This document shows positions 24,801 to 35,659 of a stretch of 52,871 nucleotides of DNA, one piece after another. The position numbers and the translations under genes were made by a program. Source of the DNA: Halocafeteria seosinensis (Eukaryota); the NCBI GenBank assembly GCA_001687465.1, contig LVLI01000354.1, forward strand, positions 1 to 52,871, in the 5' to 3' direction. The first letter of the stretch is position 1; each line of letters starts with the position of its first letter. The notes under the pieces are model-generated. The model saw nothing but the letters and a program-made list of their open reading frames with translations. It did not search any database and was not told where the DNA came from.

Positions 24801-27800
24801 CAGTGTGTCTTGTACGGTTTTTCTGTTTCAGCTGAGCATCATTTATTCCCGAAAACTAATGCGAAATGGCTACGAAGCGTTCTCGAGTAAGTTTTTCTGG
24901 GAGGCATGCCAATGTTTGGCAGATAATGGAACCATTTCGGATGGCCGTGAGATGGTTCAAGCACTCTATTTTCGAACTGCGCCCCAGGGAGCTGATGGAC
25001 TCTCCACAGGCGAGTCAGTCTTGCTATTCTGCAGCAGCGTATCGGCGTTTATCGAGTCCTCCCAAAAGCTTGTTGAGAGAAACTTGACTGAAATATTTGG
25101 GATTATGAGCGGAGTACTCTGTTGTCTTACTCACGAAAGTGATAGCTTTGACTGGTTTTCTGCGATTAACAGCAATGAAATTGGACGACTATTGACGCAT
25201 TGCGTGTGGCTGCTCAGCAGACACATTCAGTTTCGGCAAAAGAACTTATCCAGACGAATAAAGTCGGTTGACAAGCAACTATCGGAAATGGACAACAATT
25301 TGAAAGAGGCGTTTACTAAATTGCTTGAAAATGAGAAGGAGCGACTGGGCCACGTCGATCATCCTGCCCTCGCTTTAACTTCGGATAGTTTCGCCCAAAT
25401 TTTCCACATTCATCCTCTGGCGTCTCTGCTTTCGTCCTCAACGAACCCTCTCAGCGTTTTCCAGCAGATAGCTACTGCACGAAAAGAGTCTTTGGGGAGG
25501 CTTCATGAACTTGCGCAGTCCGAGGACCAGATGGGACTCGGTTATGCTTTTTATCTGGGCTTAACGCGATGCGTGATTCATTCCATGGCTCTCTGCCTCT
25601 TGAAACTGACACAGCAGTCCGAAGACCAGGAAGCGAGCCTCCCGGATATTTGTGCTGAAGAAATCAATGAATTATCAGAGTGTGGCTTGCCAGGAACGAA
25701 CCTAAACTTGGATATATGCGAACTAGAAGCAGATGAAAACTCCTCATATCGTCTTATGATTGAAGGCCCATTGGCTATCCTTCTGCTACGGGAATTGAAG
25801 AGCCTATTGGGATATCAATCTCTGATAAACTGGGTACAGCAACACCTGCACCCGTTCGTCGGAGAAGCCAACTACGAATCTCTTGGGGTGATCTTAAGGC
25901 ATTTGTTGCCGCAAGCACAGGCCAGACCGATCGTCGATTGCAATCCTTTCGCGATTGCTTTGGGACCGAATGAGGAAACCCAACTTGCGACTGCTTACAC
26001 AACGTATTTCGAACATCGGGTCGAAAACCTGGATGCCACGGAGCAGGCTAGTACCATACAGCGTCTTGTACGCTCTCTCAGTGCTCATCGCCTCTTCTTG
26101 GTTTCTTGCCACACCCTTCTGGGTTCGATACCCCTCCGGCAGTGGACCTCGTCGGGTGAACCAATACCTTCTCACGGAGTATCTTCTGCGCTGAGCGAAG
26201 TGTATTCGATGTTAGAGACTGAAGTTTCGGCCAATTGGGTGGATTGGATGCGACAATCAGCGAATTCGATCTTAGGTAGCCTGCAAGACATCGAGGCACT
26301 TTGGACTATATGCAGGGAGCTTTCCGTGCAGCGACTTCTGCAACTAGCTATTATGAATCCCACTGATTTGCTGAAGCTACCCTATTTAATTGCTACGGAG
26401 CAACCGCAGCTCTGGAACGAGCGTTTCTTGCCCGGCACAGCACCCAACGGAGCCATTCAATGGAAGGCAGTCACTGCATCCATTAACGGAGGGGCTGTAT
26501 ATGAGTGCCAAAACAGTGATTGTGGGTTTTGCTATCTTGTCGGCGGTGCAGGAGACGGAGGAAGCTGTGATAATCCCACTGGCTCCAGCAGCTGTCCAAT
26601 GTGTCACGCTACGATTGGTGGAGATCGTGAAACGCCCGCGGCAAACCAAGTTCGCAAGTTTTCCTCGCATGTACTATCACGTGCAACCGAGCAACGACCA
26701 GAACCAGGTTTCAGGACCTTGGTCCCCTTAGGCTACGAGGAGGGGGAAATCCCACCTGTCGTTTGTGACGGACTAGACGTCAAAAGTATCGTAGTGCTTA
26801 ATAACATTCTTCTAGAACTCATTTATGCTGCTCGCCAACTACGATGTCCGAGTTTCTCTGGAGAAACTACCCACCTTCCGCGTGCGCTTCAAAGGGAGCA
26901 ATGCGACAAATTACTGCGGTGTTCGAGAACAGAGCTAACTTCTCGTTTGGATCTAAGAGAAGGATGGGTTCTATGCAAGCTTCAATGTACTACCGCTCAG
27001 CAATGGATTGATGCCGCCATGAATGACGCGAGAACTGAATTTAGGAACGCATTTAGAAGAAATGAGGAGAGAACACAATGGCAGCAGTTGTGGCTGAACA
27101 GAATAGGCAACGAAATCGTCGCACACCCAGAGAGAGCCATAGAAGAGTTTGAATCAAGAGCCGTCTTTCCTCAATCAAATACAGACTCTACTGAGCAGCG
27201 GACCCGAGAGGCAATGACTGGTGCCGTTAGAGTGCAAGGTTTCTCTATGGACAGTATCCAAAATATGGATAATCCCCAACGTGAAAGTTTACAACCACTA
27301 CTCTGTCGAAGCTCGAAGATATGGTCAATGGTAAATGCGATACCCAACAGCATTCACAACTCCCCCGAGTGGAAGATCCTGTATGAATGCTGGTTCTATC
27401 CACCAGGCATTCGACTGAGGTATTTGGCTCCTACGTTGCTGGCGACGCTTCTTTCATGGACGAATCGAGTACACCGGCATGCCAACAAGGTATATTCTGT
27501 TACTGATGTATGGACAACTTCAATCCGAACTTTCTTGACCACATTACCCAACAACGAGATAGAGGCTGCTGAAGCAGAATTCAACTCGGTGATTGTTGCT
27601 TGGTACCTCTGTCAACAACTAGAGGTTATTCAAGCAGTCGATTGCCAAACAGGCGGTGATGTGTGGTCCGTCCCTGATCTGAATTGGGACAGCCCGTTAG
27701 CACTGTGCGTCATAAATGTTGACAGTCAGCGACCAAGCGAAGCAGTCTTCGAGAAAGAAGGGCGTCAGAGGATTTCCCTCGATAGCGTTTCGGATCGTTT

Positions 27801-29311
27801 ACCAGAAGGCTCGTTTGCATCTGCAAGTTGTCACTACCTCTTGATAAACCTAATTGGACACTACAATGATGGAATACAATATTTTCACGAGTACGTGGAA
27901 AGAGAAAATGGATCCCATCTTCGTGAGCTGATTGAACAGAAAACGTTCCGTGTGTCTGAGCTCGAAGATCAGGGAGTTCTTCAGAAGATGAAGACGGTTG
28001 ACCTCGAAAGGTATCAGCAGGCAGAACGGAGCGAAATAGATGCGTCACCGTCTTCACTTGGAGCCACCTTGAATGTTAAGGAAAATTGTCCACGGTACTG
28101 CCGGCAATCGTTGGACCCCGCTTCTCCGGAAGCGGTGTCCGACTTGCTAGCTCTTGAAACGTGGGTTGCCACCAATCTCTTTCCTCGATTGCCCTTCATT
28201 CGAAATAGTGAAGATGATATTCCAACGTTTGAATTCGCTGGAACGAAGCGGTCTTCGGACTGGACACAGCTGGAACGAGTAGCTCAACAACAGAAAACTA
28301 TAGAAGAGGCTAGTTTTAGCCAGTTAAGCAGTTTGTTCACCGAGAAACCAGAATTTGCACGAGCTGTTTTATCTCTAGTCCCTTCAATCATTCAGCTTCT
28401 CGTAGCTACAGGTATGTCATCACGGCACTACAATGGTCGATATTTTTTTTTTTTCACAAACGTTGTTCACGGTTGCCGCAGGTATCCCACAGGGAGTGGA
28501 GGAACCCACGTTGAGGAGTATATGCCAATCGTTCTTGAAGGTTGAACACTCCAATCAAGACCAAGCTAGTTCTTCTGAGCTGATACTTTCTAAAGACGAG
28601 ATTATGCAGATACGAGTGAGTCAGTTGCAGCAACTATACAACTTAGCTTCCGATTCTATTGCCACGAGCCAGTGCATCGTTGACTGGATACCTGCTCTGT
28701 ACCGAGACCGGATGAGCGAGGATATAGCGGCAGCCGTAGATCAAAAAGTGACTGAGCTCTTGCGGCAAATGAAACTATCTCTGACTTCTGTCTCAACAAG
28801 GGAACCGCCTCCGGTGGAAATTCTGCTTCAGCTGTTCACTCGGTATATCCTTCACGAGTTGCAATACCAGTCTACAAAGAGTTTGGATAGAGACATAAAA
28901 GACGTCATTGACACAGACTTCCTTGAAGAGCAATCTGCTTTATGGGAAAATAGTTGGAAAGAACAAGTCAGGGGGAAGTGGTTTGATAGAGAAAAGGGAT
29001 TCCTCCTCCTTCCTGAATGCTGCTTGTACGAATGGTACACGGAAGAGGTATTCATCAAATATTATCGCGAGGCGTACCTGGAATTCAAAAAGATGCAGGA
29101 AGACGAGCAGGCAAGGAGACGAGGAAGTGCGTCAGCTGCTAATACTACCTCGGGAGGTACTTCTGGTGGAACCGCACATTGGCATCCTAGCATGTATCGA
29201 CCAGCACGTGGACAAGGGATGGTATTGGGCACTCAAGCTGTCGACGACGACGAGGACGAGGACGATGAGGATTTGGGCTCTGATGAAGACGGCTCGCTAA
29301 CTGAGTACTAA
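12809..29311 (+). CDS. RNF213: RNF213/mysterin-like giant AAA+ ATPase / RZ-finger E3 ubiquitin ligase, ~5406 aa (proposed exons 12809-12967, 13030-13080, 13144-13237, 13325-28411, 28482-29311)
   Basis: RNF213-specific motifs appear in the correct order. N-terminal CBM20-like domain: VLVVGEKLELGRW..QYKY. AAA2: SSARAGSGKT. AAA3: GESGCGKT, FDEINT, AANPY, YTVYPLP..NFGQL, VSLRDV. AAA4: GVPGCSKSL, LLDELGLAELSPENALKVLHALLE, GVSNWKLDEAKMNR, FHGLRD, RQNFSG. AAA5: LYDVFNGNY, LLNRFAK. RZ finger: CQNSDCGFCYLVG..SCDNP..CPMCHATIGG. All proposed introns are GT-AG and preserve frame. The family call is firm; the three 5' exons are less certain. Confidence 0.93.
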
Positions 29312-29989
29312 GGATCTAGCGAAACATTTTTCCCAGTGAACGGAAACCACGCCGGTTATAATCTTTAGTTTCTCTTTGCTCCAAAATTTAAAGTACTTCC
29401 GTGATAACCCTGCCAAAGAAGGAGGGGAGGGTTTGTCACCGTGGTGCAAATGAAAACTGACTTCGTCGGTAAAATTGGCAGACATACGCCGGTACCTAAG
29501 CAATCGACCTAAGCTGGCTGATACTTTGAAGGCGGACACGTTTTGTCAACTATAGATTCTGAAACTTGGCGAAGGTGTGCCCCAGAGATCCGAGAATTTT
29601 GGCTTCCTTCTCGTGTGGCAACTTGCACTGGCAAGTATAACTCCTTAAAGAGCACATCCGCTATTCTGCAATCCGCCGATACACGGATGTATTTCGTGAG
29701 TACGAGGCTCAGTCTCTCACATCGTACAGCTTTGGATGCACTGGTTCTGCAAAAAAGTTCAAATTGAATCAGAAAAACACAGCAGATGGACCCCAGATGA
29801 GATCGTGTTATTAGCACTTTCTTCCAAGAATATACGGCTTCAAAGAGCTCAACTAACATTCGTACTGGGGTGTAATTCGTCAAGCGTTTTCCTTTGATAT
29901 ATTGTAATATTCATTCGCAATGATACAAATGAGCCCATGCTGAGTTAGCCAGTAGAGTGCAGCTATCTGCGTTTCGTGTGGTACACGCT

Positions 29990-31297
29990 CTATTCCTTCT
30001 GAAACAAACAAGCATCTTCATGAGACAGGCGTTGCACATATTCTTTAAAGCGGGATAACAAAAACGACATAGACCCCCGCGAATGGAATTTAGGGCTGTA
30101 CGTAAGGGAAACCGATAAGGTGTTACGCACTTCGACGAGATGAACAGAAACAAGAGGATTACTGCCTTCTCCCATGACATGAGATTCCAATAACTGTAGA
30201 GAAACTTTTTCTGTCTCACATTTTCCCGCGTAGTGGCCAATATTGCTCCAAATGAAGCTGACGGCAAATAACGGTCCAATTGCCGTGTAATCTCCTCGCT
30301 GAAGTAATCGAGTCAACCGGAAAGGCTCTCCACTAGCAATGGCCTCTTTCAACGAGCTGAAAACGGATGAGCTAGCAGACCATAAGTCAATGCCAGTCGT
30401 AACTTCTACACCAACATTAGCTGTTCCAGCAACAGAAGAGATGAAGTTGTTTGGTAACGGAGGATCAAGCATACCCCGTACATCTACCGCGCAGGAACCC
30501 ACAGCCATTAAGGGTAGTTCTTCTCCCCGCGACTTAGCAAGTTCTGCTACAGCACTGGCAAAAGCAACAAATAACGGCGCATTTAACGACAGTCCTCGAG
30601 TTTTCGAGGAATTTTTCAACTGTGAAAAAGTACTTGGAGCAATATGAATAACGAAATCTTCCACCATGCAGATGTCCGAGTTGGTTTCCTCTTGTGTGGA
30701 AACGTCGGGAGCAATAGCACGACCCTGAGCTGGAGATGCTTCGGCGACTGGTAGCGATTCAGGAATTCTCTCTTGCCAGTCAATGAGTTCTCGAGTAGTT
30801 TCAGCGTCTCTGATTACCTCTTCAGTTTTTGTGTCAGATCCAAGGAACTCGAAGAAAGAGTTGAGCCAAGCAAAGAGAGACCGTCCATCGAAAGCCACAT
30901 GATCAGCTATCAGGATGAGGTGGTGAATCTGCTTATTCCCCGTCTCGGACATTAAATGGGCTCGCGCGAATGTTTCCCGTATTGGAATTCCTTGTCGTAG
31001 TTCCCGTCGAACCGCTGCGCGAACTGTGTCGAGTCGATCCTGTTCCGAGCGCTCCTCGAACGAATCCATTGACTCCGTCGTGAGGGGGAGCTCATCCAGC
31101 GGGGATTCTCCGATTCCTTGTCTGGCTTTATCCACGGCAGCTTGGAGATAAACGTGCTTGGACCGCGCACAAGCTAAAGCATGTCTTACGTCCTCACGGT
31201 TTACCGGGCCGAGGAGACGCGCCACGAGGGCAATGGGAGACGAGGACGAGTTCAAAGTCCCCCACAACTGCTCGGATTCATTGAATGAGCGAAACAT
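29990..31297 (-). CDS. Intronless CoA-dependent acyltransferase, condensation-domain fold (PapA5 / alcohol acetyltransferase-like)
   Basis: Catalytic HxxxDG motif (IADHVAFDGRS). N-terminal R-x-F-x3-E...LLGPVN..V..AL...H..L pattern as in PapA5-type enzymes. C-terminal half has SLNAPL, AVDVR and WSNIG. Likely start is the ATG at 31297 (435 aa). Confidence 0.8.
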   Translation of the reverse strand: MFRSFNESEQLWGTLNSSSSPIALVARLLGPVNREDVRHALACARSKHVYLQAAVDKARQGIGESPLDELPLTTESMDSFEERSEQDRLDTVRAAVRRELRQGIPIRETFARAHLMSETGNKQIHHLILIADHVAFDGRSLFAWLNSFFEFLGSDTKTEEVIRDAETTRELIDWQERIPESLPVAEASPAQGRAIAPDVSTQEETNSDICMVEDFVIHIAPSTFSQLKNSSKTRGLSLNAPLFVAFASAVAELAKSRGEELPLMAVGSCAVDVRGMLDPPLPNNFISSVAGTANVGVEVTTGIDLWSASSSVFSSLKEAIASGEPFRLTRLLQRGDYTAIGPLFAVSFIWSNIGHYAGKCETEKVSLQLLESHVMGEGSNPLVSVHLVEVRNTLSVSLTYSPKFHSRGSMSFLLSRFKEYVQRLSHEDACLFQKE

Positions 31298-31869
31298 GAT
31301 GCCAAACAAATGAAATGCACTCACAAACAGAAAAAGGAGTGCGAACGGGATTAATCTCGTAAGAATGGGGGGAGTCCATTCAATTCAAACAGAGACCGAC
31401 TGAAACGGGCTCGCACAATACTTCAAACACCACAAGGACTCAGTAGATAGCAGAGGTCTCAGATCAGAAAGATCTTCACACATGGTGTTCGTGAAGTTAA
31501 CAAAGGGGAGCCTTCTGCTGGATAGGCGGAACTTTCCAAAGCCTCCAGTTACTGCAGTGCAGTACCACGTTGACGCGAAAATGCTGGAGCGGTTCCGAGT
31601 AGGGGTCAGCCCCCAACGGCCTAACGTAGCATGCGGACTAGACTACTTCCGGTAGGAGCAATACAGTACAGTAGTACCCTTACGGCATGCCGTCCGGGGG
31701 TCAAGAAACATGCCGCGACGAAGAAGCCGATTCAACGCGAAACTTCAAACACTTTTTCGTTCGAGGACGAAGAGGGTATCGTGATCTCGTTTTCTCGCGA
31801 GGAACAACTGTAAATATCAAATCGTACCAGGTATTTGGGCATGTTGGTCGTCTCCCGCAATGCAAAAGT

Positions 31870-32430
31870 CAGCAAAGATCCCATCCACCTCGACAGTATA
31901 AACAACATTCCGATAGATGGCCTTTAACTTAACCGAAAAGGCATAGCTTTACCAGTTCGTGACACCGTCAAAAGAAGGCAAGGTTCTAGTTCTTGCGCAC
32001 GCTCGCTTATGGAAAAAGCGAGGCTGCAACCACCGTAATCCTGAAGTTCATTTATTCACAAGCTTCTGGGGGCAGTTCCGCCAGCGTGATCATCTCAGAT
32101 GATGCAGCGGGATTTGCTGTGCGTGAGGTGTGGCCTCAGGGAATTCAGAAGTTATTTGGGGACCATCTGATTGTCAACTGGAACAAGGGATTTAGTAATT
32201 TCCAGAACCTACTTGCAGGCAAGATTCTACTCCGAAAGACTGCTACTACCATAGACGTTCTTCATTCCAAAGGGTATTCGGACGTGCTGGAGACGGTTTG
32301 TCAGACGACTTTGTCGGAAAAACATTTAGATTTCACCGCATACTATCGGGATTCCGAGTTTACGTGTGTTACTCTTTTGCGAACAGCATCACTGAAAGTG
32401 CCAACCATATGGTTAAGGGGCGGAATATAA
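31870..32430 (+). mobile_element. Degenerate Mutator-like (MULE) DDE transposase remnant
   Basis: Across frameshifts and stops: IDGxFNLT..LYQF..VLVLAH..KSE..VILKFI..VIISDDAAGFAVREVWPQGIQKLFGDHLIVNWNK. This matches the MULE pattern D..E..iisD..A(v)..vwP...LCxxH..NW, with the CxxH cysteine decayed to Phe. Boundaries uncertain; no TIRs seen. Confidence 0.7.
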
Positions 32431-33717
32431 CCCACGAAACCAGCACACAATGGAAGTAGCGGTAAATGGCAGCTTGGAGTATTCCCGCGAGCTGAAGATG
32501 GCTGCTTCTTGCAGAAGCAGTGTGGCTCGAGATCTCGAGTTGGTCAATCAAGACTCTGCTGCTGTATTGAACGCGGGGAAGTCACTGCAAGAGACATTGC
32601 TGATGCCACTACTTGAGAGTGCTTGGACACAGAAAGAGCTTTGGATTAAAACTCTGATGTCTGCTACATCTCTCTAAGAGCAGCACACCGCGATGTACAA
32701 GAAAATATTTCCAGCTTAAGCACCTAAAGAGTCTGTAAAGACTCATCGCTGAAGCAAATAGGGAATGCCGGGAATTTAAAGCCCAGTGCTTATGTCCCTG
32801 ACATCCAACGCTCCCAGAGACTGGTTCGAAAACTGAGTACCAAGAACAAACCAGTCAAGCGAAGTCGATCTTGCACCGTTGTCAAGAAGAAACCTTCAAG
32901 TCCATTGGCCATTCATAAAGCGCAATGAGAGTGAAGCCACTTCACTGCTGATTATAAGCATTGTGATGTTATATAAATTGGCCGAAACAAACATGTAACA
33001 CACGTCGATCAATATAGCACCCTGGTACCACCTATTTCTGTTGACTTTTGTACATTATTGAAGCGTACGTTCTGTACAGTTGTCCCAAGTTTTTTTTTTC
33101 TACCGGATAGCGGCTCATGGAGGATATCACCCTGCATGCGAATTATCTGACCCGCTCGACTTAGGATTCAGTAGCAGAAACTGCAGACCTGGAACTCCGG
33201 CAGTCTCCAAGGATGAACTTCAGATGAAGAAGGTAACAATAGCTTCGGGCAAAAGTCTGCAGTACTAATACAGACTCTACAGACTATCGTGATCAACAAT
33301 GAGCATTTCCAACAGCTTTATACAAATGAAGTAAAATGCAACACCATTCTTTTAGCTCGTTGTTTGTTACAGGGTTGTACAAATAACTTGGTAGTATAAA
33401 ACTGTACTTCTTCCAGAGATGATCACACAAATATAGGATAGTGTTTTCTTGTTCATGGAATTCCGCTTGGGGTCACCAAGTCTCGCCCGCAGACGACAGG
33501 AAGGATCAGAGCAGTAGTGCCGCACTACTAGTGCGAGAGCACTGCTGAAGTGCAGCAGATCCGTGCATGCGACCAGTGGTCTTCGATGACGAAGCGCCAT
33601 TGAATATATATGGGGAGGAGTTGGATTGTTTCTAGGACCAGTCCATTCTGTATCTAGAGCGCGCAAACCAATACTCTGTGTGTTTGCGACGACTTCCTTG
33701 CAAGCAAGCCAAAAGAT

Positions 33718-35659
33718 ATGAAATCGGCCTTGTTCTCCGTGCTTTTCGCCGTCATTTCGGCCTCCGCGGCCTCAGCTTTCCGATGGCCTGTACGAGACCC
33801 AAGCTATAACTGGACTGTCATCAGCAAGGATGTAGCAACAACATCCGTCGGAATCTCCTTCCTCAACGCCACGCACGGCTATCTTCCTTCTGGTAAGCTA
33901 CCAAATAGAGCCGTTGAATCCTGTGGTGCTGGTGTGAGTTTATTCGACGCTGATGCATGGAATTTTGGGCAAGTTTGCCACCATATTTTCAGATAATCCT
34001 GCCTTATTTCGGGCAATGAGTTGCGTCCGCAGGCAAAGATGGCGTAGGAGCCGAAATCCTAACGACCGATAATGGTGGGAAGAATTGGACGTCAGTTTCC
34101 AGTAAGCGCAAGACCGATTCAGGATGGTCCTTGCCACAGAGTATTACATTTATGCTGTATTCTGCAGAGCAAGGTTTTCTCCTTTTGGATGTCTCCTCGT
34201 TCGGATCGCATGCTGTTGTCAGTGGTGTGTTTAGTGGGCAATATAGTAACGACTATGGGGCCCACTTCAGTAAGTGTATATTTTATCTGCTGTAGTTGAA
34301 TCCGTTTGGGAGTGCTGGTATAACCTAGAATCCTTTCAGATTACTCCAAGGGGGGCGCTCAGAGTCAGTGTGTTCGGTACGTTGTCATTCACGATGCTAT
34401 GTGAGCACCGCTCGACTCTTCATAGATGTTGATCATTGTGTGCGCAGCAATGTGAACTACTTGGGATCGAATGGCCCGAGTGGCTTTGGGGTAGCTGGTC
34501 CCGTCGGTAACTCGTCTGGAATCTCGCTGTCGTTCGATGGTGGCAAGTCCTTTAATGGAACTGAAATTGGGGCGCTTAAAACGAACGCTCGCTATGCTTC
34601 ATTCCCAACTGGGAACGATTTCTATGTGACCGCTGGAGAATGGCCTGAGAATGACAACAGCAGAGTCCTTCAGCTTAGCAGTTTCGCCGGAATTTACAAT
34701 GGGCCAAGGAACCAGTTTCCCTTCCTGAAGCCCTACACTTCCTTCTCATCAAATGCTACGTACAAGGTAGGAAATATTCTTTACGTCTCGATCGATTCAA
34801 ATGTGACCATTAAAATTTTCTTCTTTGCAACACAGGGTCAAATCCTTGTCTCACACGATGGCGGAAAGAGCTTCAACTCTGTCTTCTACGAGGACTCGGA
34901 CTTCTACATGAACGGCATTGACTGTACAAGCGCAAAAGGTTCGTATCTTTTTGGCTGTAAAGAGAAACGTAAGGCAATGTTATTCATGAAAACGTATGCC
35001 CTCTCCTTATCCAGACTGCTGTGCTGTTGGCGAAGCTCCTCGGGGACCGAAACCGGGTTCCCGCATCTATTGCACTGTACGTTTATTTACAAATCTGGCG
35101 TTTCTTTTACAAGCAAGCAATTTTCATTGGCGTTTCACGATCCTTTGCTGGTTGCATTACAGCACGACGGAGGCAGCTCCTGGGATCGAGTACTGTTTCA
35201 GGAGGGGGGACAGCACTCCCTTCTGGATATTGTAAGGACTATGCCGGTTAAAGTTTACTGAAACGGCAAGTCTTGAAACTGATTTTGCAGCAATTTGCTG
35301 GAGATAATGAATACTGGGCTGTTGGTGGAGTGCTGCAAGGCGTATCAGCAACCTCTCAGTTCTTACACTCCACGGACGGGGGAAAATCGTGGAATGTTCA
35401 CTCCGGGTAAGCACCTTCTCCAAAGGGGTTCATACGAGATTATGGATTCATGCCGTCCATATCGTTTCCGCAGTCCTGATGGGTACGCTCTCTCTGTAGA
35501 TTGCCTCGACGGAAACCATTGCTGGTCTCCCCTGGTCCATCAGATAACCCAGTCAGTCAGGTAAGCAAACGAACGAGAGCAGTGTCGGAAACGTACAAGG
35601 CCCTATCAAGAAAACTTGCAATCAAATGCAGTATTGCTTCTTTACAAGTCTCTGAGTAA
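33718..35659 (+). CDS. Secreted BNR/Asp-box repeat (Ycf48/sialidase-like beta-propeller) protein, about 10 exons
   Basis: Signal peptide MKSALFSVLFAVISASAASA. Asp-boxes TTDNGGKNW, SNDYGAHF, SFDGGKSF, SHDGGKSF, THDGGSSW and STDGGKSW. Many short GT-AG introns; ends ...QSVS|IASLQVSE* at 35659. Confidence 0.85.

Noticed and set aside
28412..28545. Apparent frameshift or premature stop at the T-run near the end of the 5082-aa ORF
   Set aside because: The T-run lies inside a canonical 70-nt GTATGT..GCAG intron that restores the frame, so it is neither a pseudogene lesion nor programmed frameshifting.
13297..28545. Dynein heavy chain or midasin as alternative identity
   Set aside because: The motifs SNWxLDxAKMNR, DExGLAExSPxxxLKxLHxLLE, GLRD and the RZ finger are RNF213-specific; there is no microtubule-binding stalk or MIDAS/vWA tail.
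29311..29990. Short ORFs between the RNF213-like gene and the acyltransferase
   Set aside because: No motifs, overlapping on both strands and non-ATG or weak starts; probably UTR or intergenic.
29990..31297. NRPS or secondary-metabolite cluster
   Set aside because: A stand-alone condensation-fold domain with no adenylation, carrier or PKS genes nearby.
33513..33534. Short palindromes (agtagtgc-c-gcactact), with similar CTAG/GTAC-rich patches near 3470, 10010 and 31670
   Set aside because: Too short to distinguish from compositional bias of promoter regions without statistics.
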